A stretch of DNA of 63,985 bases, filler included, from Intoshia linei (taxonomy: Eukaryota; Animalia; Orthonectida): the NCBI GenBank assembly GCA_001642005.1. It is 8 parts of 8 records of this genome, joined end to end, with 100 filler letters (N's around TTAATTAATTAA, not from the genome) between each part and the next. Parts side by side here need not be neighbours in the genome. Positions count along the whole stretch, not along the records: positions 52,837 to 54,490 come from LWCA01002538.1; positions 54,591 to 62,658 come from LWCA01001486.1; positions 62,759 to 63,985 come from LWCA01002719.1; 5 more parts are not named here. One strand, written 5' to 3'. The notes under the pieces are model-generated. The model searched no databases. It worked only from the letters and a program-made list of their open reading frames with translations, and was not told the DNA's origin. Of the stretch, positions 52,836-63,985 are shown piece by piece (the stretch's first letter is position 1; each line of letters opens with the position of its first letter). The position numbers and the translations under genes were made by a program.

Positions 52836-53495
52836 NGTACGATTCTTCAACAAAAGGTTGGATGAATAGATTTCTATTTAAAAAGTGGTTAAATAATGAA
52901 TTTGTGCCAAACGTACAAGCCTTTTCTACAGCACATAATTTAACTCCATCAGCGTTATTATTATTGTACAACGCTCCCGCACATACTTGCTACGACAACT
53001 TAGAGACTATTTATGGCTTATGTGATGTTCTTACCACCAAACACTACGTTGATTACCCAACTCATGGACCAAAATGTAATTTACTCTATAAAATCAAAAT
53101 ATAGCAGGAAACTATATCTGGATATAAATAGAAACAGAAACACTGTTGAAAATTTAAAAAAATTCACTTTAAAAAATGCCATATTTATGTTAAACAATGC
53201 ATGGAATGAGGTGAAACCTTCCACTATTGTAAATAGTTGGAAAAAATTGTTAGGAGAAACATCTATATCTCCAATTAATATTGAATGGGACGACACTAAT
53301 ATAATTATACACGACATTCCTGAGTATGACCCTATCAGTGACTCAGAAATTATACAATTGGTTAATTAACGTGATTCTAAATGTGATGTTGAAGAAGAAA
53401 TTGGCAAATGAATATGAATCTTCTGGGCTAAAGATGGATAAAGATGAGGCTATTGATTCAATATCAAAATCAATACAATACGCCGAAGAAAATGT
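52836..53495 (+). mobile_element. Tigger/pogo (Jerky-like) DDE transposase 3' fragment, frameshifted
   Basis: KGWMNRFLFKKWL..FVP.V, ALLLLYNAPAH, FLPPNTTLITQLMDQNVI..IKSKY, LKNAI..L..AWNEVKPSTIVNSWKKL, EAIDSISKSIQYAEEN. Confidence 0.88.
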
Positions 53496-53499
53496 GTGT

Positions 53500-54270
53500 A
53501 TGAATTCATGAGTACAGGGCTGGCCATATTGTGCATGTTACCAGTGCGCTTGACAAAATTCAAGCGGGCCCAGACGCAACAACATGCATTAAAGTAAATA
53601 ATGTCAATGATATGCTTGAAGGCTCACCTCACTACTTTCCGCGTCAGACACTTCCTATTTGCGTCGACATCTATAAGTTTCCAACAAAAAAGGAATTAGT
53701 TGGTTGGCGATGATGTATTTTGACGAGGCATTGATGTCACATCCTGGTGCTTTATTGCTTTGCGCGTTTGTGTGTGGTGCTACTGATTTATATTTTGTAG
53801 GTGATTTTATGCAAATTCCTTTTGTGTCTAGACTACCAGACTTTTATCTCAGATATACATCATTACCTAACCTTGTTAAATTAACTTCGGGGTTATCTTT
53901 GTCCTGTTGATGTTATATATCGTCTCTCCCCTTCTTACAACAGATTGCATCCTGACTTTGGTTTCGATTCGGTCTTAAAATCCGTGCGTGAAGTATATTC
54001 TTCATGTTTTGTCATAAAAATATCAGACTTTTTGGTGTGCCAACCGTTAAGGATGTTAAATATTTGACATCTACTCAGCATGAAAAGAAATTATTGAAAC
54101 AGTATACTGGTGCTGATGTTTCCACAGTTCATGAATATCAAAGTAAAAAAGCGAAGATAGTGTATGTAGTTCGTGTGAATGCTTTTCCCCAGGCTGAAAT
54201 TTATCTTAGAGACGCTTACGCGATTGTGGCGATATCAAGACATACCGTTGCATTAAGATACTATACAATG
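53500..54270 (+). pseudogene. Endogenous viral element: SF1 RNA helicase (Viral_helicase1) of an alpha-supergroup (virga/nege/kita-like) +ssRNA virus
   Basis: Motifs in order: II YFDEALMSHPG, III VGDFMQIPFVSR, IV (frameshifted) CPVDVIYRLSPSY, YLTSTQHEK..L, V STVHEYQSKK..IVYVVR, VI AIVAISRHT..LRYYT. No introns, visibly more GC-rich than the host, with 2-3 frameshifts. Confidence 0.88.
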
Positions 54271-56325
54271 GTATTAACTAATAAATATTTTTTAAAAATT
54301 CTATTTGAAATCGTTTTTATTTGAATATGCGTTCAATTAGATTGTTAAAATGATGTACAATAAATATACTTTATAATTAAAAATAACAATAAAAAGTTCA
54401 AACTAATGGCTCTAAACTGCACAAAAGCCGTTATATTAGATAGGCTGACCATATTTTTGTCGTACTAAAAGTAGTACTTTTATTGCTTAGNNNNNNNNNN
54501 NNNNNNNNNNNNNNNNNNNNNNNNNNNNNNNNNNTTAATTAATTAANNNNNNNNNNNNNNNNNNNNNNNNNNNNNNNNNNNNNNNNNNNNTGTTTTACAA
54601 AACTTTCGTATGTCTACTCGGAAAGGTGGGTATATGTTAGGGGTATGTAATTTTCGAACGTTTTATTAAACATTTTTAAGTTTAGTTTTATTAAAATTAA
54701 CATGGTCTCATAACACTTTGATATAAGTAGCAACGTGAACATGAAAATTTACCTCGTATAAGTAACAAATATTTGTTATCAATAATTAATGGATGAAGTC
54801 TAGTTAAAAACATTTTTCGAGTGAATTAATCACACCAACATAATGTATAATGTACCTCAGAAATATTCTACGTCTAATGAATATAATAAAATGACTAAAC
54901 CAACTTTAGAAAAGAGTGGAAACCTATTTGCTATGAGTAAAAATAAAAAAATCTCCAGCTTTGAAAGCAGTAGAAAATCTGTTAAAATGGAAAGTAAATC
55001 CAGTTAAAATGGTAACTGAACTCTTTATCCAATTAAACCCGAGTTTAAATTTTGAAATTTTTAAATTTGATATAATGTCATGTCTTCAGACAACTTTGAA
55101 GGAAATACATGACACTATTAGTGATTGCGCTAATATTGTCATATGTTTTGCCTATATTATGAAGTTTGCGGAGAATGTTAACTAATAATGAAATTAACAA
55201 ATTATTTAAATGTGTCGATGAAGATTTTAGACTTTTTCCTTAAAATGTTTAAATACTTGAAAGAAGATTTGGAAATTTATTCTACTTTAAAAAAGATGCT
55301 AGTTTCTGCAATTTGTATGTTGACTCTTGAAAAGTTTATTGGCTTGTTGATTGATAATTCACTTTTCGAAGTTATTTTATTTTCCATAATTTGAAATTTA
55401 TGCGAGCCATCCAAAAATATAACCACCCAATTAATTGGTCATGTTAAAAATAACTCTTTTGAAAGATATAGCGGGTTAATTGAAAATAGACTTCACTCAA
55501 AATTACCTGCATATACAGCTACAAATGTTCAAAAAATTAATCAAAAATTTCATCTTTGAACATCTCTGAAATCTTGATATTTTTACATTAATTGGCAAAT
55601 TTCAGATTTTAAAATCCTTTTTATATAAAATTGAATATCTATGTTACCCTATATTTAAAAAATCACAGTAGTAGAATTACAAAACCAATTTCTAATACAG
55701 TTTTTCGCAGGGGATGTTGATATCCATATTTCCTTTTCCGAATTTGAGTCCTGCAGAGTCAAAATTCCAATTTTTCATTTTTTTAAAAATAAAATAAACC
55801 CAAAAATTTAATAAAACATAAATTCTCTGACGCGTTTTAAAACCATTAACATTGTCGTAAACTCAGCCTCAGAAACGCGCATCTTATTTAACAAAACGAC
55901 AAATTGCCCTTTGTTTTAAAAGTGAATCATGTTCTAAAACTTTATAAAACATTAAATTCTGGGATCGGTTTTAAAATCATAAGGATTATATTAAATAGTT
56001 AACCCAACAAACCTTATTTTCACGATCAAAACCTTAGATTAACTTTTTTTAAAAAATGACAATAGTCCTAGAATTTTAAAAAAATACAGTTGATACAGTT
56101 TTATCTAGCTAACAGACACAAAAAATTTCAATCTGACAAAATGACGCCTTCAGTCTAAAAAACGCTTTGGTATTCATTTTTTATTTGATAACTATTTTAT
56201 TAAAAAAAATGGATATACTCAAAAATTAAAAAAAGATTATTGTGATAAAGTTTATTCCAACTGTCTAGAAAATAATGGTGAATAAAATTTATTACACTAA
56301 AATGTTATATAAAGGTCTATAGATG

Positions 56326-59300
56326 CTAGACATCAGGTTCGCATTCTTGTTGTTCTTTAGGTGCTATATTTAATTGGTCCATTTGTATATTAGATGATTC
56401 AATTTCATCATCAGACAAAAATTCATCAAATTTAGGTGTATATTTGTATTCTTCAATAAATTTCTCGCCCAATTTTAGTAAATCATCTTGATCTCGAATT
56501 ACTCCCTATCAAAATAATGTAAATTAAAAGTGTCAAAATACCTTTGGTAAATATCCGATTAATTTTTCTGCATGCATTGAAAGTAATTTGTTTCGTTCTT
56601 CTTCGATAATACTTAAACGTTTATTTTCTTGATCTCTTTCAAATTGCAGTTCCAATAAAGCTTTTTGCTAAAAAAGGCTATAAAATAAAACAATAATCTT
56701 GATATAAATATCCTATAATAACGTCTAATAAAGCTGAAAAGCTAAACACATTACTTTTAAATATTCTGCTTGTTGGTGTCGTTCCTCAATTTGTTGTTGT
56801 ATATTTCGTTTATATTCCTCGCGTTTCATGCGAATACGTTGTTGGCTCAATTGATTAATTTTTAAATCTTGTTCAAACTTCAACATCAGTTGTGTATTGA
56901 ATTTTTCATCTTCCTTTTTCAAAACTTCCTTCAATTTTTGCTTTTCACGCTGTGTATCTTGACTTATTCGTTGCAATTCAAGTTTTTCCTTAATTCTTAA
57001 TGCCATTTTTTGAATTTCCTTTTCTCTTTCCAATCTTTCTTGTTCTTCTGCATACAAATCCATTCGTGCATTTTCCACTTGCATTAATTTTTCTTTTTTC
57101 GCAATCATATCTTTTGATAACTAAAAGTTAACATTGTAAAAATTAGAAGGTACAAAGAACCTTTTCATGAAGTTTTTCTTGGATAGATTCCCTTTCTTTT
57201 TTATATAAATCCGAATCATCTTGTCTTTTCTTTATAATGTGTGAATATTTTTCTATATTTTTGTTTTCGAGTTCAATTCGTTCATCGTTCTGTTTTTTCC
57301 AAATCTCGCGTTGTTTTTTAAAGTTATCAATATATTCTATATGCAACTTGCGTTTCATAATAATTTGTTCGCGTTCTCTATAAAATATACAATATATACC
57401 ATTTATATATAAAAATACTTTTGATCTTCTTGATAAATTTTACGGATAATTTCATCAATAAGTAATTTTTCTTTGAGGAATTCTTTAAAGGCTTCTTGTT
57501 TCTTAATTTCTTGCTCTTGTAGTTGTTGTTCCAATTGTTGTTTATAAATAAACCGCTCATTCCACTTACTTATAGCAAGTTCTTTTTCAAGTTCTAATTT
57601 TATAAGTCAATATTTTGATACACAAATAACCGTCTTAAAAAAAATTTCAATTTTTTCTGAGTCAATTATACTCATATGTAAACAGTAATAAAATGATAAA
57701 ATCCAAATTAATCCAAACAGAATTTGATAATCTGTGCTACAAATATTTTTAGCGCAACCCTCGAAAAATTTTTCTACGAAAATTTCATTTTCAATTGTTT
57801 AAAGATGCCGAATTTTACTATTTAATCTAGAGCAGTGAATTCCGATTGGTGATGCAAAACTATATACTAGGGAATGATATCCGATTAATCGAAAACCCGG
57901 TTAATCGCTTACAATAATCGGATAATCTTTGTTCAAATAACCGGAATTATTCGGTAACCAGTTTTTCAAATTTTCGAATAATCAGGACTCCATACTATAT
58001 GCCTTGTGGTTAATTAGATTCAAATATAATATAAAAAAAATTTTATCAATTTTGTTTGTTTTTATAGTATAATTTTTTAATATTTATTACAGAGTTGCTA
58101 GATATTGGGAATTTATTCCAAAGCCTACAAGACCTTTATATATCTATTTATAAAATTCATCTATTATCCTACCCTATCATTTAATAAAAAATACCATTTC
58201 AAACCTTCAGGGAAAAATCGACTTTTACCGATAATGTTTTAAAAAATCTACTTAATCCAAAATAAAAAATCTCATTTTACCAACCAGCAAAAGCAAAAAT
58301 ACCCTTTTTCCAATATTCTTTTAACAACCCGATTTTACCAATCTTAAAAAAAATTATCCTCTTTTTTCAATATTTTTTTTTTCAAAAAACAACTTTTTCC
58401 AATCTCAATATAAAAAATCTTAAGAGAAATAATCTCTTATTCAAACCGCAAAATAAAAATAAAATTTAGCCAACCTTTAAGGGAAAAATACAGTTAATCC
58501 AACCCTTAAGAAAAAATCAATTTAATCCAGCCACAAAATAAAGAATCAAATTTTACCGACACTTACAGGAAAAATCGCCTTTCTCCAATATTTTTTTGAA
58601 AAACTCGATTTTACCAAATCTCATGAAACATAATCTCTTATATAAACCCCAAAATATAAATAGCATTTCAAACCCTCAGGGAAAAATCGACTTTTACTGA
58701 TATTTTTTTGAAAAACCCCCTTTTGCCAATTTTATTTTTGAAAAACAGTATTATACCAAATCTTAAAAAAACAACATTAATTTTTTTATAAATGTTTTAT
58801 ATTTTATGTTTGCTTTGGTGTCCAAAAAAAATAAATATTTTTAAATAGAATCCGTACACAATTTGAATCGGGAACCACTGATCTATAGGAAAGAAAATAA
58901 ATTAAATTAAATTAAACTCACTGCAAAAAGAATTTAAAAATGCCTCACACCACCCCAAATAAATTTCGCTTCGACGTATCACCGACATTGGCGGACTCAT
59001 TAAAGAATAAGATAAATCGTTCACTGCTATTTCCATTTTCTACAAACTTTGCATCTACCCAATTAAAACCATTTTCAAAGGTATGCGTCAAAAATTAATG
59101 AAATTAAAAAATAATTTTCTACATTGACATTCCACATAATTGTGAAAAACTGACATTGATATTTTACCTTTGGCTTTGACCAATTCTTCTTTCAACATTT
59201 CATTATATACAGCATTCTTTTTCTAAAATGGAATTTAAATAAAAAAATATAATAAATTAAAAAACCATTTCGTCATATTTCAGAGATTCCTTTTCAGCAA

Positions 59301-60238
59301 TTTGAGCTTTCTGAGTTTTCAAAACATAAGCCAATTTTAATTTAGCTTCTAATTCTCGGATTTCAACGCTAAAATTAAATTATAATATTTTGCATATGGT
59401 TGGTAAATATGAGCAGTTTTTACAGTAAAGGTTTAAATTAATATTAGAGAATCACAAATAAACTATGAATAGAAGTTCAATTGAAAAATTAAATTGGATA
59501 TAGTTGACTTTTTGGTCTGTAAAGATGCCCATTTTTATTCTAGTGAAAATTCTAAAATACCAGAACGTTGAGAGAGATTTGTGGAAACCAATAATGACTA
59601 TTGTATAAAATAAATCAATTTGTAAATACCATTTGTAATTAAAATAAATGTTTTAGTTTTAGTCTAACATGTGACATTATTTGTTGGACAACCTACTACT
59701 AAGAAAAATTGTAGTATCCATCATTTGAAAGGAAGATGCAAGCTTTTGTGGTTACAATGTACGAGAATGCCATAACATAAAAAAATTGCATAAATTACCT
59801 ATTTTTTCTAACCATTTGTCGGAATTTTTCAGCTTTTATTTTTTCATCTTTTATTCGATTTAATTCAATGGAAAGAGATTCTTCTTGGCTTCTCTTTAAT
59901 ATAATATTTTCCATTTCCTCCTTTTTCTAATTTTAGGCAAAATTTATAAATTAAAATGAAAATTTTAAAAAAATAAAAAACCTTAATCTTGTCATTTTCA
60001 TATTTTTCAATTTTATCTTTACTTTCCAAAAAATTTTTAATTCGTCGATTTTTACATTTTTCTAAACTATTATTGTCAAAATTAGTCAATCGTTCTCGTT
60101 TTAATGATTTCTCGGTATCAATTCGTTGCTTTTCTATTCGTAATTCTGCCTCTCGAGCCAACATGTTTTGTCTTAGTGTAGTCTAACATTTAGTAATTAT
60201 ACATTTTAAGTCATTCATATCATTTTAAATTTTACCAT
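56326..60238 (-). CDS. MNS1: Meiosis-specific nuclear structural protein 1 (ciliary coiled-coil microtubule inner protein)
   Basis: KFRQMVRKNSVEIRELEAKLKLAY..AQIAEKE, EAFKEFLKEKLLIDEIIRKIYQED, MLKFEQD.KI.QL..Q..RMK..E, IIEEERNKLL..HAEKLIGYLPKGV. About 10 exons; the start is inferred as an ATG directly followed by an intron. Confidence 0.92.
57833..58880. mobile_element. Non-autonomous hAT element in an MNS1 intron
   Basis: TIRs cagtgaattccgatt / aatcgggaaccactg; TSD atctagag / atctatag; internal ttttaccaa sub-repeats. Confidence 0.75.
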
Positions 60239-60845
60239 TTTCTTTAATTCCGTCAATTATTCTATATTCTATCAAATGATTAAAATATAATTGAAATTAT
60301 CAAACTGATTTACCGATTTAGAAATGTTTTTTGTTGCATGGTATCCATTGTATGATTTTGTGGAATAATTCAGAGATTGTAACTTATTTTTAACAGACCA
60401 ATATTTACATTTTTTAAATTACAATTTTTAACCTAGTTATATCAAATCATGAGAATCATGAAAATCATAGGAATAATTTATGACCAAGTGGAATAGGATA
60501 TAATGAAATAAACATAGTTTTTCACAAAATGAGAATTTTATTTGAATTTTACATAAAATAACAGTATTCTCTCTAGTTCGCCCAACAGTTTATAATTTGA
60601 CGAAATAGATAAAAGGTAGCCATATAAACTTCATATAAAAGTATTAATTTTTATTATAAATTTTTTTTGACCATGTTCCCCTGAGAAACTCCGATTATAA
60701 TTAAAGAAATTTTTCCCAAAAATGTATGCCAAATTTTAGAGAATATTGTACAATAGTATGTTAAATTTTATTTACAATTAATTTGTAATTAGATTTAAAG
60801 ATGGCAGACAAAGTTTTTGAGATATAGTGAAATTAACATTGTATT

Positions 60846-61372
60846 TTAATTTTCAGGATTATGTAACTATGTCGTTGATTAAATTAAAAAAAATTACAAA
60901 AAGTTGATACAATTTCTGAAATATCTGTCCAATTCATAAATTCGTGAATACTTTTTGTGGAAGTCAAATTTGTTTCATATGTCCAATATGTGAAACGATT
61001 AAATTTTTCTACAGGCTGAATGGATATAATTTCATCGTTCTGAGTTTTATTGTATACTAATCCTAAAAATAAATAACTAGAAAAAAATTGGAGAAAATTT
61101 ACCTATAAAATGTTTAGGTAAATTGATTTTTTCTCCTTCCAATTTATATCCTCTGAAGGATGTTAATATTTTACCTTATTAGATTTAATTACTAATATTA
61201 AATCAAAATATTACCATCTTGCTCTCGAGTCACTAAATATTGAGAAACGGGAGAATAACCTGAATAACCAGTCGCAAATGGCAGTACATGCACAGTGGAA
61301 TCTGATACTTTTAAAGTTTAAATTGTTTAAAATATATGTACCATTTATGTCAGATTTTATTTGAACTTTCAT
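60846..61372 (-). CDS. RNASEH2C: Ribonuclease H2 subunit C
   Basis: Five small exons splice to MKVQIKSDINVSDSTVHVLPFATGYSGYSPVSQYLVTREQDGKILTSFRGYKLEGEKINLPKHFIGLVY..KFNRFTYWTYET..FMNWTDISEILHNPEN*. Has the HxLP, SFRG.L.G, F..FT.W and W..I...H hallmarks. Absent from the ORF track. Confidence 0.88.
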
Positions 61373-62915
61373 GGTCAATATTTAAGATTAGTATCTCAAA
61401 ATTATCAAGTATATAATTTTATTTTCAATATATAAACTTTATCCCGTCTCCATATAAAATACTTTCCATGAAAATTTATACAATTTGTATTATTAATTAA
61501 ATTCTTTATTGGACATGTATAGACGTTCAATGCACATTTTTTATAATTGTAGGATGATTATTTACATTTTCATTTTTAATCCAATATTTGAAAAATGTTG
61601 CTTGATAATATATTAAAAATTATTATTCACCGGGAGTGCGTAAATTTTTTTTTTGTTAATAAAATATCGAAATATAAAAAATAAATATTAAAGTGCTTTT
61701 TTAACCTTAAACTTGAAAGTGCGTCACTTATTCAGATTGAAACTTTTTGTGTGTATTAACAGGATACAACTTTATCATCTGTAAATTTTTTTTAAATTTT
61801 AAGGCTGTTTTCATTTAAAAAAAATCAGGTAATATGTGGTTTTGATCATGAAAACTATCTTTTTTGAGGTTGCCATTTATGATAATGCTTATGATTTTAA
61901 AAACTATCCTATAATTTATGTTTTATAAAAATTTAGGACATGTTTCATTTTTAAAACAAAGGGTAATTTGGATTTTTGACCATGAAGGTATGCGTTTATG
62001 AGGCTGAGATTAACGACAATGTTAATCGTTTTAAAAGGCGTCCCAGAATGTATGTTTTATTACATTTTTGGGCTGATTTCTTTTTTAAACAAAAAAGGAA
62101 ATTGGGTTTTTGACCATGAAGGACTCAAATTCTGAAACTGAAATATAGATAAAAACACGTTCTGTGTAAAACTGTTTTAGAAATTTGGTTTTTTAAAATC
62201 TACGACTGTCAATTTTTAAAATGAACAGTCACACACAGATATTCATTTCTATATAAGTAAAAGATGCCATTAGGGTGGACATAATTTCAATATTTTTGAA
62301 TTTCTGATAGCCTAATAGGCTATCTATATTAATATATTATAACTAGCTTGGCTGTTTTGTACTACGTACAAACAGTACCTAGCTCTGCCGAGGGCACTCT
62401 TTTATTATACCAAAAAAATAAATTTACGTTGAAAATCTAACTTAAAAATCCTACTATTAACTATTATCAATCCTTTAAATAAGTGGTTCCCAAATTTGTT
62501 TTAGGTGAAACCGTCATATCACATTAATTTTTACTTTAAAGTGAATTATTCCATCTTAATTTTTTTGTTTGTTAACATTTATAAAGAATTTTAAAAACAA
62601 TTAGTATCCCATTTTTTTAATTTATTAAACAGAATGTGTGTATAATATTAAAAATAAANNNNNNNNNNNNNNNNNNNNNNNNNNNNNNNNNNNNNNNNNN
62701 NNTTAATTAATTAANNNNNNNNNNNNNNNNNNNNNNNNNNNNNNNNNNNNNNNNNNNNGAATCAATTAATTAAAAAAAAAATTAACTCACTTATTAATTC
62801 GCATTAGACATTTTCATATACACAATATACTATTTTTAAATTTAACTTGAAATGGTCGATATATCTTAAAATAAAATTGAGGCGGACAAAAAAAACGCAT
62901 AATTTATATATATAT

Positions 62916-63985
62916 TTATTTATTAATAAATATACATACATTATAATTAAAATTAAAAACGTGTATGACCTCCTTTAGCTCGATAGTACTGTTCCACCCG
63001 TCACACCACGGCATAGACTGAACATATTTTCTACACGTTTGATTTGTAATTTGAAGCCATTCCTCTTTTACTATTATTTTTAATTCATTTAGATTCTTCA
63101 CACTTCTTTTATGGACCTTTTGTTTTAGATGAACCCATATTTTTTCAACAGGGTTAAAGTCAGGACTCTGTGCTGGCAATTCCATCACGTCTATACTCTT
63201 TTGCTAGAAAAGCGAAAATTACATAAAATCTAGTAACAATAAAAAACTTTTCAAATGGTGGGCCCTATATTGTAAAAGTAGATGAGATTTAAAAAGTACA
63301 CTGAAATATTATGAAAAAGCATAAGATTATGTGTCAATTGTTAAAATTCATTGTTTTAATGGAGACATTGAAGAAGCTGAAAAATTGTGCAAATCTCAAC
63401 AAAGCGGATTAATAGATTTTCAAATGGGTTCATTTTATGAAAAAAGTGATGAATCGAAAAAGACAGTCAAGTTTTTTGAACAAGCTGCAGCTTATGGGTC
63501 CGCCATGAGAATTTGTAAGGAAAATGGATTTGATAAAAAATTGCTCACTATTGCATTTAAATCAAGACATGTGGATCAAATACAATCTGCACATTATTTT
63601 GCGTCCAAAGCAGATGGGATTAAAAGCGCAATTTTTCGGTTGTTATTTTAGCTTTGTGCTTCGGGTCATTATCTTGTTGGAAGATGAAATTGTCTCTTAA
63701 GCTTAGTTTTTGTGCCGATAACATTAAATTTTTGTTTAGAATTTGTGTATATTTGATCCGTCCATTTTCCCTTCAATTATTTGGATTTCACAAACCCCGT
63801 AATAACTAAAACAGGCCCCAATCATTAAACTATTTTAATGCCCAAATTAAATTGTTGGACGAATGTTTTTTAAATTGAATCGAGTTCTTTTTTTTCTGCG
63901 AACATACTGCTTGCCATCGGACCCAAAAAATTTTATTTTGCATTCATCAGACCAAATAACGTTTTTCCAATAGTCCATCCCACTC
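62916..63985 (-). mobile_element. Tc1 (DD34E) transposase pseudogene split by an inserted host fragment
   Basis: VIWSDECKIKFFGSDG..YVRR (~63955), NFIFQQDNDPKHKAKITTE (to ~63634), resuming F*QKSIDVMELPAQSPDFNPVEKIWVHLKQKV (from ~63210). Confidence 0.9.
63211..63633 (+). pseudogene. IFT140: Intraflagellar transport 140 TPR-region fragment with in-frame stops
   Basis: ENYIKSSNNKKLFKWWALYCKSR*DLKSTLKYYEKA*DYVSIVKIHCFNGDIEEA..A.AYGSAMRICKENGFDKKLL matches the IFT140 WWAQY.ES..YYE.A.D..S.VRIHCF.G..AIRLCKENG pattern. Stops at 63283 and 63322. Confidence 0.85.

Noticed and set aside
63283-63324. In-frame TGA/TAA in IFT140, Crypton and other frames suggesting a variant genetic code
   Set aside because: Intact genes here end at TAA, TAG and TGA and have no internal stops once spliced; internal stops occur only in decayed sequences.
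1-63985. tRNA, rRNA or prokaryotic operon/defence systems
   Set aside because: No such structures recognised; gene architecture is spliceosomal throughout.

Overview
Very AT-rich eukaryotic (animal) scaffold, standard genetic code. Introns are GT-AG and bimodal: most are about 35-50 nt, a few are kb-sized and filled with DNA transposons. The ORF track therefore shows only exon fragments; gene models below were spliced by eye. Tiny introns, ciliary genes (MNS1, LRGUK, an IFT140 fragment) and very divergent proteins suggest a reduced ciliated invertebrate such as an orthonectid (inference only). Host genes from left to right: a secreted protein made of at least 4 tandem copies of an unrecognised ~170-aa domain, an orphan phosphorylase-kinase exon, four tandem Cu/Zn SODs with hydrophobic C-terminal tails, a divergent SAM-methyltransferase-like gene, CLINT1, G-alpha(i/o), WDR83 (partial), a 93-aa Cys-rich single-pass membrane protein, transaldolase (partial), GCN2 (partial), LRGUK (partial), MNS1 and RNASEH2C. 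Mobile DNA includes hAT MITEs, Tigger/pogo, Tc1, Chapaev and Crypton relics. Highlights: (1) a fossil virga/nege-like RNA-virus SF1 helicase abutting a Tigger remnant; (2) a host IFT140 fragment inserted inside a Tc1 DD34E transposase; (3) the anchored SOD array, in which 3 of 4 copies have lost the catalytic Arg; (4) the repeat-domain secreted protein. Seven ~100-nt N/TTAATTAATTAA spacers and one single N are assembly joins, so adjacency across them is uncertain. All homology calls are from motif recognition, not database searches.
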